Source: Lama glama
Lineage: Eukaryota
Length of the DNA stretch: 64,000 nucleotides
Direction: 5' to 3'
Assembly (NCBI GenBank): GCA_028534125.1
Contig: CM052832.1
Span: forward strand, 12,464,001-12,528,000
Program-made: the position numbers and the translations under genes
Shown: piece after piece, positions 53,877 to 64,000 of the stretch
How positions within the stretch are numbered: position 1 is the first letter of the stretch
Layout of the letters: each line of letters opens with the position of its first letter
The notes under the pieces: generated by a model
Databases searched by the model: none
What the model saw: the letters and a program-made list of their open reading frames with translations, nothing else
What the model was told of the DNA's origin: nothing

Positions 53877-54014
53877 GGGGAGAGGGAACAGCTCAGTGGT
53901 ACAGTGTGTGCCTAGTAAGCACAAGGTCCTGGGTTAAATTCCCAGTACCTCCATTAAAAGATAAATAAATTAAAGAACCTAATTACCTCCCCCTGCCAAA
54001 AAATAAATTTTTTT
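53877..54014 (+). mobile_element. tRNA-derived SINE, camelid (Vic-1-like) type
   Basis: GGGGAGAGGGAACAGCTCAGTGGT (A box) ... GGTCCTGGGTTAAATTCCCAGTACCTCC (B box), then AATA tail and CCTAATTACCTCCCCC. TSD AACTGATCAAAG at 53863-53874 and 54015-54026. Confidence 0.85.
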
Positions 54015-54269
54015 AACTGATCAAAGGAGCTCTTCCCAATAATCTGAATTAACAATAGCATTGCTTTCTCCTTTAGAAATAAAATGTTAGAGCTGGAAGA
54101 AAAAACTTACAGCTAAATTAGATAAGTCCCACATTTTCAAAAAATGAGAAAACAGGGCTCTACAGAATTCACAAGAAAACAGGCTTGAATGTCAACTACC
54201 TTTCAATAAAATCAGAAAAATAGAAAACAGGCTTGAAAATCCTGGCTGCCTATCAGGTCAACATTCTAG

Positions 54270-54466
54270 AAGGACACTGACCAAGAGAACTTTCTGGGAG
54301 GATGAAGTGTTCTGTATCTGTGTTCCCCAATGGGGTAGCCACTAGCTGTTGAGCTAGAGAATATATAAAAATGCAGCTAGTGTAACTGAAAACTAAATTC
54401 TTAATTTTATTTAATTTTAATTAGTCTGAATTTCAATAGCCTGTGGATACCATATTGGACAGCACA
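54270..54466 (+). mobile_element. MER3 (hAT-Charlie)
   Basis: AGAACTTTCTG..GATGAAGTGTTCTGTATCTG..GGTAGCCACTAGC..TTTTATTTAATTTTAATTA..CCATATTGGACAGCACA. Confidence 0.8.
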
Positions 54467-55440
54467 ATTCTAAAATACAATCTTAGGTTCTGGTTATTAA
54501 AAACTTCAAATAAAACTGCTTAACCCCTCTTCATTTAACACATAGGAAGTTTCTTCCTTATTTCTAAATATCTCATTCAGCAACATGATCTTGTTACAAA
54601 GGAACCCAGAGCAGGATCAGTCTGTTTCTCAAAGTCCCTAGTAGAACTGGGTGACATCAGTGTCTTCCACTCAGTTGGAATAAAGGTCCTCTTTTGCAAA
54701 CCACTCTGACACAAAGTCCCACAACGAGCCTGAATCTGGACGATTTTTTAAGTGTTTAATTAAAATCACACAAGTTTTGAATTGCAACCAGAAAATTTCC
54801 TACATGTAGCTTTGCTGAGATACTGAACTTAACGTTTCTTTAAAAAAAAAATTTAACCTCAATCTTGATCTGATTATTGTGGTATTTCAAAATTTTGCAT
54901 CAGTTTGCACAGACACAACCTCCTTATGACCTAATTAAAAATCCAAATTATAATAGTTCTCATCCTCTTAGTACTCTGCCCTCAAAAAACAATATTTAAT
55001 ATTCTGGGATTTTTTTTTTAAAAGAACTTTATTCATTTCAAAGAATTTTTAGCCCTCTTATTTTTCCAGCTAGAAAAAGGTTAACTTGTGAAAACTTACA
55101 TTAACTTTAATACCATTAAGGACTATCAAGAGATTTTTAGTCAAAACTTTTAAATATGATTTAAAGTATTAGGTTCTCCTCTTTTGGTGGGTTTGGGGAG
55201 ACGTGGGGGAGTGGTGAATGAGAAGGGTGAATGGGGAGAAGTTTCTACCCAAAGAGCCCTATGTCCTATATGTCAACTGGATCTAGCTGTAGAAAGCTAC
55301 TGCCTCAAGCCAATGTAAACAAAGATCATGTTTATTTAGAAAAACAAAATAATTTCCCTGCGTTTCATCACATCAAAGGGGCAAATTTTTTATTTTCTGG
55401 ATACCCCGTATGTAATCAGGAAAGTGGGGCAAATAGATAA

Positions 55441-55526
55441 ATGCAGTTAGCTAGTGCTAACTACATCTTCTTCCTAATGCATTCTTTGTTCCTCTGGTTA
55501 ACAGCTGCAGTCACAACTTCAGATGT
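55441..55526 (+). repeat. 86-bp dispersed direct repeat, copy 2
   Basis: ATGCAGTTAGCTAGTGCTAACTACATC...CACAACTTCAGATGT matches 53326-53411. Confidence 0.95.
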
Positions 55527-55610
55527 ATATTACAGTGAATACTTCATTTAAATCATGTTGTATCTTTAGATGCACACAATTACTCAAAGGTGCAAAGTAA
55601 AATCGCACAA

Positions 55611-56294
55611 CTCCTTGAGGTTCAACTACCCAAAGGAGTAGAAAACTTATGTCCACAAAAACCTGCATGTGAATGTTACAGCAGCTTTATTCATAACTGC
55701 CAAAACTGGGAAGCAACCAAGATGTCCTTCAGTAGATGAATGGATCAACTGTGACATATCCAGACAATGGAATATTAAAATGCTAAAAAATAAACCATCA
55801 AGCCACAAAAAAGACAAAGAAGAACCTTAAATGTATATTACCAAATGAAAGAAGCCAATCTTAAAAGGCCACATACTAAATGATTCTAACCGTATGGCAT
55901 TCTAGAACAGGTAAAACTATGGAAAGAGTAAAAAGATCAGTGGTTGACAGGGGTTGGAAGGAGGGAGCTAGAATAGGTAGACCACAGAAGATTTTAAGGG
56001 CAGTGAAATTACTCTATATGACACTCTAATAGATACATGTTATTATACATTCATCCAAATCCAAAGAATGTACAACACGAAGAGTAAACCCTAGTGTAAC
56101 CCATGGACTTTGGGTGATAATGACGTGTCAATGTAGGTCCATCATTGTTACAAATGCACCACTGTGATGGAGATGCTGATAATAAGGGAGGCTATGCATG
56201 TGTGGGGGCAGGGAGTATGTGGGAAATCTCTGTACCTTTTTCTCAATTTTGCTGTGAACCTAAAACTGCTCTAAAAATATAAAATCTTTTTTAA
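55611..56294 (+). mobile_element. LINE-1 (L1MC1-like) 3' fragment
   Basis: AAAACTTATGTCCACAAAAACCTGCA..GAAGCAACCAAGATGTCCTTCAGTAG..GCTGTGAACCTAAAACTGCTCTAAAAA. Confidence 0.88.
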
Positions 56295-58099
56295 AAAGTA
56301 AAACTGTACAAATGAGTTTGGTTGGGTTTAAGAGAACGTTTAAGGGGGTTTTATAACCAAAGGATAATTAGTGACATCACTGGAATGAACATTCTACTGA
56401 TTAACTAGTGATTCATACTGTGTCTACATGAATCTGAAAGCCCAGGTTAAGCTGGTTGAAATGTGGCAACATGTTCCATTTGAGAGATAGAGACTGAAGA
56501 ATCAAAACAAGTGTGAGGGTCACACACTGCTAGGAGCCAAGCACACTTGCCAGATAACTCTCAAAGTGACAGAATAAAGAGTTCCACATCAATTCCCAAA
56601 GCCTGGGCTCAGAGAAAATAACAGAAATAATAAATAAATAAGTTATATTTAAGCTAACTAGTCAGCATCTTGTTTAATCAACTTTCTATTATAACCATTC
56701 CAGGAACAGAATTTATTTTGTGAGATTACTCTGGATCTCTGCCCTAACCCCATCTGGTTGGTAAGTAAGATGTTTCAACAGAATAGATCACAAAAATGAA
56801 ATACTAATAAAATCTATTTCCCTAAAGAAAATGTACCAGTGTAATATTCCTTTTATGATATGATTCATTAGAAAATGAATCATGAATTTTATCCAATGAA
56901 TAGTTTATTTAATAAATCCAATATTTAAGTACTCCATTATTTCCTAAATACCAAACATTCATGACCACTATACTTTAAATTTACTTATTAAAAAAAATAG
57001 TATGTCTCAAACTTTCCATTAAATTACACTGCGATAGAGAATGCCTACAACTGTAAAAGCAGAATATCAATAATCATAATTAGGTATTTATACTTAATAA
57101 GTAGAATTGGGAAAAAAGTTCATTTTCCTCATCCTAACTAATTATCCTTTCTACTACCCTGCAGTACACTCAGTATATTCTTATTGTCTTCTTCCTGTCT
57201 TTTTTTATAGTATTCTAGGTCTGTGCTTTCAACAACTTTTGAAAATACCTGTGGAGAATCTATATCCCTCAGTACATTACATTAAATGTCTAAACAACTG
57301 AAAATACAGCTTCAACTAATACCATTTATACCTGTATAATTTTAAAGTGCTTTCACATATATATACATTTCAACTAAAGAAAATGCACTAATTGACTATT
57401 TCCTTTCAGATTTGACAATTACAAACTGAATTTTTTTTTTGGTATGATTACTAAATGCCTAAAATGAGCCAAGAAAATGCTCATATTTCACTAAAAGTTT
57501 TAAGTCCATCTTTCAGGAAACAAACCACTTACGGTCATTAATCCTGAAAACATTTATGTACTATACAAACAACTTCCAACTTTTATAAAGAGGTAAATCT
57601 TCAATAATTTTCAAGGTAGCAAATTTCCCAGTGGTCTCTCTATACAATAGTAACTTAATTACCTACACCCAATTTCACAATATAAAGCCAAAAGGGAGAA
57701 AACTACAAACTGTGTGTTCTCAGCATTAGCATTGTATACTCCTCCTGGCATTCTCCTTTCTAACTGCATTCCCACAAGACGGACCTCCAAATTCTATTTA
57801 AACCAACCCCCGCTGATTGATGTCCTGAGTGGACAGTGCTGGGCAGCGAGTCTTACGGCCTAAGTCACTGGAGAGAAGAGCAATCTTAAAGGAACTGCCT
57901 TTAGTCTGCTGGTGCCAGAACATTCTGCTGAGAGTCTCCTCTGCAAGGGCTGGGTGTGGGCCCTGACTAGCTGACTTTACAGACTTGCGGCTTTCACAGA
58001 GTGCAATGCTGACTAAAGTTTTTAGAGAACACATTCACCTTCATGTTCATGAAGAGAAAAGGAAAGATACTTCCTGAATGGTTTTGACATCTACTTCTC

Positions 58100-58790
58100 T
58101 CCATTTTCCCTGACCACTATACAGGTATGGCAATCCTCTGGACAAGTCTTCTGTACCTCTGGTCTTGGCAACATGCCATCAACATACAGAAACCAGATTC
58201 ATACAGACACACACAATCACACCCACATACCCAGGCCACCCTCAAGATCATTCAGTAATATTTCACCTTAAAGAAAATCACCTCACTACCCAAAGTTCTT
58301 CACAGATCCCTAGTGCACTCAGGATAAAAATCCAAAGTCTTAAGCATCATCTATGGGGCCCTGAGTTACCGACTGCTCTCACCATCTCAGCCTCATCTCT
58401 AGCTGACCCCTCTTCACAATCTACCAGTTCACCCCAATGAACTTTCAGTTACTCTAACGTGTAGTGGTCTCACTAACAAGCAGGCCTTCATCCATGCTAT
58501 TCCCTCCACCTGAAAGAAACACTTTTCTTCCTATTTCCATTCTCTTCAACTCTTCCTGCAGGACTAGGCTGGCATCACCCACTGGGTTACCTTCCTCTAC
58601 CTCCACCTCAGCTGGAGTAGGTGCCCTGCCCATCACACTCTATACCAAGTCTAACAAACTCTACTGTAACTGTCACTTCACTTCTCTATGCCCCCTGCTA
58701 CCAGAGAATAGGGCCAGTACCCCTCCTGTCTACCATTATATCAGAGGCACTCTAGTATTTGCTACATACATTCTAAATTTACTTAATGAA
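58100..58790 (+). mobile_element. LINE-2 fragment
   Basis: GCACTCAGGATAAAAATCCAAAGTCTT and degenerate L2 tail (AAATTTACTTAATGAA). Other L2 pieces at ~33000-33340, 36420-36530, 37470-37550 and 38900-39330. Confidence 0.6.
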
Positions 58791-60919
58791 CATAATATGA
58801 ATGTAGCCCATGCAATAAGGGAAAGATGTTCAAAGTCAGTCATGATATAACGGAAACTAGGCTGCAATTTCATTATAATCTGGTATAAAGTGCAAACTAC
58901 AAAAGTGCATACAAACACCTTCAAGAAAGGTTAAAACATTACACGTTAAAAAAACACACTTCACCATAAAAATATTAGTTTTGTGCTCACTGCTCCTGTT
59001 AGGCAATTTGCAGTTCATAAAAAGTGCCAGATTGCAAGTTATCAAAAAAGAAGCCTTGCCCGCTTACAGGTCAAGTATGGCATCAGTGTAACTATTCCTC
59101 TCTGCTACTACCAAACTCTCCTTACATTACCCAGAACCCTACTAGTTAAAGGGAACAAACAATTCTATTTCCTCAGCTTCTAAGACTTGAAAAAGCCTAA
59201 GGTTCCACTCGTAATAATGATCCCAAGGACACAGACATGCTGGTGGGAAATAGACCTCTGATACATCCTGGGCATTAGATGCCACTGGCAGCTACCTTCT
59301 TTGAGCCACATGTTTTCTTATGAGTTACAATCTGAGACTTGTGACACCAGATTTTTCCAGAGCTGCAGACTGATGTCATAAACGTGATGGTATTAAGCAC
59401 TCTAAAGAGCTCACCAGCTCCACCCTGAAATTCCTCTATGCAAAGGGAAGTTATCCACTCTCTTCTAAGTCTCAGTTTCCCCATCTATAAATAGATAATG
59501 GCTCTTAATAAAATTCTTGTGGGAATTAGAGTGTCTATGAAAGCACTTAGCAGACAACACAATTATTACTTTCAAATCAAAAAGAATAGGAGACCATAAA
59601 ACCTAAGATGTTTTCACATCTTCAGAACTTTTGGTAATGCCATAACTTATTTCTCACGGAAGTCTTTTCACTGAGAAATTTTTGAGACAGAAAAGGCAAA
59701 AAGATGAGAAAATGAGATTTTTTTCTTCAAAACCTTTGAATTTAACCAACTCCAGAGAAATCTGTTAAGATCCACTTTTTAATCCTTCTCTGCACTCCCA
59801 AAACCACAGCCTTAATTTCTTCCTCAGCCATTCCTAGGATCTGAGAGAGAGCAAAGATAAATACTTGAAAACATCCTCACCAAAAATAATCATTTCCTTA
59901 CTGCCTCTATGCACCTCCAAACATACTGAATCTTTGGAAAATAAAACAAAACCAAAGAGCTAAATCACAAAAGTTGGCCTTCAAAGTCTCCAGTTTCCTT
60001 ACAATAGGTTTACAATCATAAGGTATAAGGAAGGCACCTGTTAAGTAAGAGGGGTAGCAATTCATAAAACTCCAAATGTTACAAGGAAAATTTAAACTGT
60101 AACTATAGGTAGGAAAGTTAATTTTCCACCTCATATATTTTCACTCTAACACAGGATGGCAAGTAAGAATACAGGCCGGCCAAGGTGAATGTTTTTTTCG
60201 TTTAAAAAAAAGAAGAGAGAAGGGAATTTGAGCCAACTGAGCAAACTGGCTCTCACGTTCCTAAGCCAGGCTGACTTGAGGCTTTTTTAACAAGGAAATC
60301 TTACAGATCTTCAGAAACGTGTTTCAAATAAAGGTGAGATCTCCACAGTCTTATAACTTTAACCCACCCTGGGTTCTGGGCTCGACTTTTAAAAATGGGT
60401 GACGTGTGAACAGCTTCCTAAAAGCAAATGGGGCACTGGGATATAATTTAGGAAGTGATGATGCAAGTCTCTGGGGGACAGGGAGGAAGGGAGGTGAAAA
60501 AGTCAGAGGAAATACCCTTCTAGTGCCTGGGCACCAACTCATTCCAAGGAGGGGAGGAAGGGCTGGCCTCCACAAGCCAAAGGAAGGGGGAACCCCAGCT
60601 CCACCTGGAGGTGCCAACGCCGCCCCTTCATCCCTGCCCGCTGCCCTGCCCCCCTCGCCCGTGGCCTGGGCGGCCTCGTTTGGCCCGAGCCTCGGGCAGG
60701 CGAGTCCCTGAGGGTGGCAGTGCACCCCAGGCAGGGCCTTGTCTGCGCACCCCCCAGCTCCCCACCAGGCACCCCTCCCCGGGACGGCCCCTTCCCCTCC
60801 CCGCAGGCCTGGCCTGGACCCAGCCCCCAGGGTTCCGGCCTCCCCAGGCCCCGAGGCCTGCCCAGGCAGCCCCGGAGCCCGCGCCCCCCGCCCCAACCCC
60901 CACTCAGCCCGGCACTTAC

Positions 60920-60990
60920 CCCCAGAAGCCGCAGGGACAGCGAGGCGGCAGGCTGGGCGCTTTGCTGCGCTCGCTCCCGGCGTCTCCCAT
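60920..60990 (-). CDS. ZFAND3: ZFAND3 coding exon 1 (71 nt; N-terminal half of the A20-type zinc finger)
   Basis: Reverse complement reads GCCGAGCACC-ATG GGA GAC GCC GGG AGC GAG CGC AGC AAA GCG CCC AGC CTG CCG CCT CGC TGT CCC TGC GGC TTC TGG GG|GTAAGT = MGDAGSERSKAPSLPPRCPCGFW(G), which I recognise as the ZFAND3 N-terminus. Strong Kozak context, canonical donor at 60919-60914, inside a CpG island. Confidence 0.97.
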
Positions 60991-61430
60991 GGTGCTCGGC
61001 GGCGGCGGCGGCAGAGCTCGGCGGCGGCAGCGGTGGCAGCGGCTGGGCCTGGGCCCCGCTCGAAGGAGGCGGCGGCGGCGGCGTCGGGGGTCTCGGGGCG
61101 GGGGGAGGGGGAGGGAGCGGGCGCGCGGGCGGGCGCGAGTCCGGGGCTCCGAGCCGGGATTCCAGGCCGGTCAGCTGGAGGCGGGCCGCACCACTCGGCC
61201 TGCGGAGACGGGGGGGCCAGGGGAGGCGTGGAGAGCGGAGGGAGGGGAGCTCAGGAGGTGGGGCGTGCGGGTGAACGGAGGACCGCGGGGGGAGAGGAGG
61301 AAAGACCCGGCGCCCTTGGCAGCTCCCACCGCCGCTCCCAGCCAGAGCGATGTCCCGTGCGGCGGCGCTGGGAAGGACCTGAGGCCCCCGCCGGCTCTGG
61401 CGTAGCAGCGGCCGCCGTGAGGCACTAGGC
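60991..61430 (-). other. ZFAND3: ZFAND3 GC-rich 5' UTR (TSS approximate)
   Basis: No upstream ATG on the minus strand (no + strand CAT between 60991 and 61886). GCC repeats run up to the Kozak sequence. The upstream boundary is an estimate. Confidence 0.6.
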
Positions 61431-62586
61431 CCCTCTCGCTCCGTAAAACCCTCCCCTCCCCCGGAGGCTGCGCTGACCGGACAATGGCCGCTCCGCCCCC
61501 TCCCCTCCTTACACACCCCTCCCAAGGAGTCACAATGGTCTCGCCCAAGGGAGCCGCCGCCAAAGCTCAGCAGCTGATCAGCTGGGATCCGGGCGTGCCA
61601 CTTTGTTCAGCTCCTCAAAGGAAGAAGACGGAGCTGTGAGCAAAGCCGAGAGCGGCGGGCTATCACTCGGCGACGGGCCTCTACGGCTTTCGTACTCTTG
61701 GAACTTTTAATATCTGAGGCAAACTTACCTTCTCCCTGTGTGAAAAAGAGAAGCAGGCTTCTGAGTACTCTGGGGCGCGCTGCCTCCCCTCAAACGCGAG
61801 TGGTACGCCCCAAGCGAGAGGGGGAGGAGCAGATTAGTTGTTTAGGGTAAGTTGGGCCAGTCCCAGAGCGGCGGCCGAGAGCTACGCATGCGCCCGGAGA
61901 TCCCGTAACCCGGTACAGGGAGGGGCCAGGAGGAAAGCTTCCAAACCCGGAAGTGGGGCTCCGTTTTCCCGGGGCTGCCACGGTCTTCACCTGCTGGAGG
62001 GGTCCCGAAACCCTCCGCTCTTGGTCCTGGGTGATGCTGGGGGACGTTTCTCCACAAACTGCCAACCCCTGGAAATCTCTCTTCTCGGTCCTCCCACAGC
62101 CGACTGACTCTTCCAGTTCCACCCAGAGAATTGGTCTCCCTTTAACAGTAATGAACTTCTGGGAAATGTCCCTCCTGTCCTCCGCCTCAGCAATGGCGGG
62201 GGATGGGGGCGCGGGAGGGTAGTGTCTTGGTCAGGTTCGGTGCCCCCAGTCTTAGAGACACAAGTGTACTCCTTATGCCTGCGCTAGGAGAACCTCTCTT
62301 CTTCCTGGAGTGGACATTTTGGTTTTGCGAGGGGAGCTGTGGCCGAACCAGTGATGGAAATTGATAAGTGACCAAAAAGTTTGAGCCACTAAAAATGAGT
62401 CCTTTAGTGCTCCTTGTCTTTGATCCTGGACTCATTCTGAGCCAGCCAGTCGTGACCAGAAGGTGATTGGTGATGACCAAATTCAACAAGGAGAAAAACT
62501 TAACACCAGACCTCCTGGAGAGTTGACCCATTGCTGAGGCCCTTATGGACGAACTTCTCAGTCTCTACCACTTCCAGGAAGGCTTC

Positions 62587-62728
62587 CTGGCTCTTAGAAA
62601 TAGCTGCTGTGTACTCTCCAACCCAGCGGGGATAAGAGAGCCTCAGAGGGTATCACTTAGGTTAATTTTATTACCAAATGTTGTTATTTCTGTATCTACC
62701 ATTCTGTTTCTGCATGTTCTGTGGACTT
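62587..62728 (+). repeat. ~145-bp diverged direct repeat, copy 1
   Basis: Shares CTTAGAAATAGCTG, GAGAGCCTCAGA, TTTTATTACCAAATGTT and CTGTGGACTT in the same order with 63484-63630. Confidence 0.9.
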
Positions 62729-63483
62729 ACTTACGTGGATGTTGCTTCTTTTGTCCTCTAAAGAGCAAGGACCACATTTAACTTAGCATACTCCTAGAGA
62801 GACTGTTGATGATGAAGATAGTAATTGCAAAAATCAAGCCACTTAAAGCCAAAGCACCCCCAAATGTGAATACTGATTTATAATGCATAATATTTAGTTT
62901 CACTTTATGGATTTTCACAAGCCTTCAATAAATATTTCTGTCAAAGCCCACAGAATGGCTGAAGTCATACAGCACACCTAGCTTTCACTGGACTCATAGT
63001 TCCTCAAATCTTCACTTAAACTGACATAAAATTGCCACATTCATGAAAGGTTTACAGCCTTTGAATTTAACAAACTGAGATTAAGTGGGACTCTACTGGC
63101 ATCTTGGTGATTTTTCTTTTGTGTGTGGAAATGGAAACCCTACAACCAAAAGTAAATTGTTATATAAAACGTGATTGTTTCTCATGTTACAGACTGCTTG
63201 CCTACCTGTCTGTTTGCCAGTCATTCAATTTAACAAACATTTATTGAGAACCCAGTATGTTGAAGGCATCTCTGAAGGCTTTGTCCCTCCTGTTTGCCTC
63301 TGTCCCTTCCTCTCTTGCCCAGCACACTCTTACTGCCTCTTTAGGCCCTTGTTGCATCTTCAATGCCTTCCATACTCTGATAAGGTAGAACTGGTCTCTC
63401 CTTCCTCTGCCCATGTAGTCTCCATTATAGGACCAGGAAATTTACATATCTGTCTCTTCCCACAAAACCTAACTCTGAAAGGA

Positions 63484-63630
63484 CTGGCCCTTAGAAATAG
63501 CTGTTACTGTATCCACAATCCAGAGGGGATATGAGAGCCTCAGAAGGTATTACCTAGATCAGTTTTATTACCAAATGTTATTATTTTAATTCTGTATATA
63601 CTATACTATTTATGCATGATCTGTGGACTT
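63484..63630 (+). repeat. ~145-bp diverged direct repeat, copy 2
   Basis: Collinear with 62587-62728. Confidence 0.9.
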
Positions 63631-64000
63631 GTGGAATCCACAAATCTCAGTAGGATTGAAGCAAACTCAACAGTTTATTGAACCGAAGAACTAATCTGAC
63701 AAAAGCCACTCTTAGTTGAGGCTCTTTTATCTGCAGGTACAGAGAAACCCACTGAAATGTCTTCGTGCCAAAAAAAAATTTGAAGGTAATCTTACAGAAA
63801 CCAAGGGCACAGAAAGCAGCAAGATCTCATGAAGGACTGGAACAAAGATATAAAATACCAACAGGAAGCCAAGTAGCTATTCCCTCATTATCTCTTTTTC
63901 TCTCTGGTCAAATGTTCTTCCATCTCTGCTTCTCTCTGTAGAGCTGCTTCATTCATTGTAGACCTGCGTTCACTGCTTCTCTGGGTACATAGTAGAACAT

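Larger units (their letters stand above)
14363..60919 (-). other. ZFAND3: ZFAND3 intron 1 (GT-AG), 46,557 nt as assembled, including two gaps
   Basis: Bounded by the exon 1 donor and exon 2 acceptor. True length is uncertain because of the gaps. Confidence 0.9.
60590..62230. promoter_or_regulatory. CpG island / ZFAND3 promoter
   Basis: Abrupt switch to very high GC and CpG density. Contains a GC box (CCGCCCC ~61493), YY1-like AATGGCCGC (~61483), NRF1-like ACGCATGCGC (61884-61893) and ETS CCGGAAGTG (61947-61955). Confidence 0.9.

Noticed and set aside
53877..53955. tRNA gene
   Set aside because: It has a SINE tail and TSD with a degenerate cloverleaf, so it is a tRNA-derived SINE.
54148..54240. 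Three spaced AGAAAACAGG repeats suggestive of an array
   Set aside because: Too short and irregular; eukaryotic context, so not CRISPR-like. Probably local slippage.
60351..62222. Many long overlapping ORFs (up to 328 aa) in the CpG island
   Set aside because: Stop-codon scarcity in GC-rich DNA gives low-complexity Pro/Gly/Arg/Ala translations. The real coding exon is a 71-nt piece in a different frame.
1..64000. A novel multi-gene system (operon, defence island, CRISPR array, intact retrovirus)
   Set aside because: The window is mammalian intron and promoter sequence with only 112 nt of supportable coding sequence. LTRs are solo and no gag/pol/env or transposase ORF is present.

Overview
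Mammalian genomic DNA, most likely a camelid (alpaca/llama/camel), judged from a tRNA-derived SINE at ~53877-54014 and a young L1 that resemble camelid families. The window holds the 5' part of ZFAND3 (A20/AN1 zinc-finger gene) on the minus strand. A CpG-island promoter and coding exon 1 (60920-60990, MGDAGSERSKAPSLPPRCPCGFWG) splice across a ~46.6 kb intron as assembled to the 41-nt exon 2 (14322-14362, SSKTMNLCSKCFA). Positions 1-14321 are intron 2. The rest is intronic, with LINE1, LINE2, MIR, MaLR/ERV LTRs and hAT/Tigger relics, plus two 500-N gaps. None of the supplied ORFs is a real gene. I found no convincing new multi-gene system. The most notable observations are: (1) the 22 kb contig between the gaps has reversed strand skew and is probably misoriented; (2) a candidate upstream alternative first exon/bidirectional promoter that would truncate the A20 finger; (3) a recursive-splice-site motif in intron 2; (4) a perfect steroid-receptor palindrome; (5) a tailless U2 snRNA retrocopy with a 14-bp TSD; (6) two unexplained local direct duplications. 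Repeat family names come from recalled consensus sequences and repeat boundaries are approximate.
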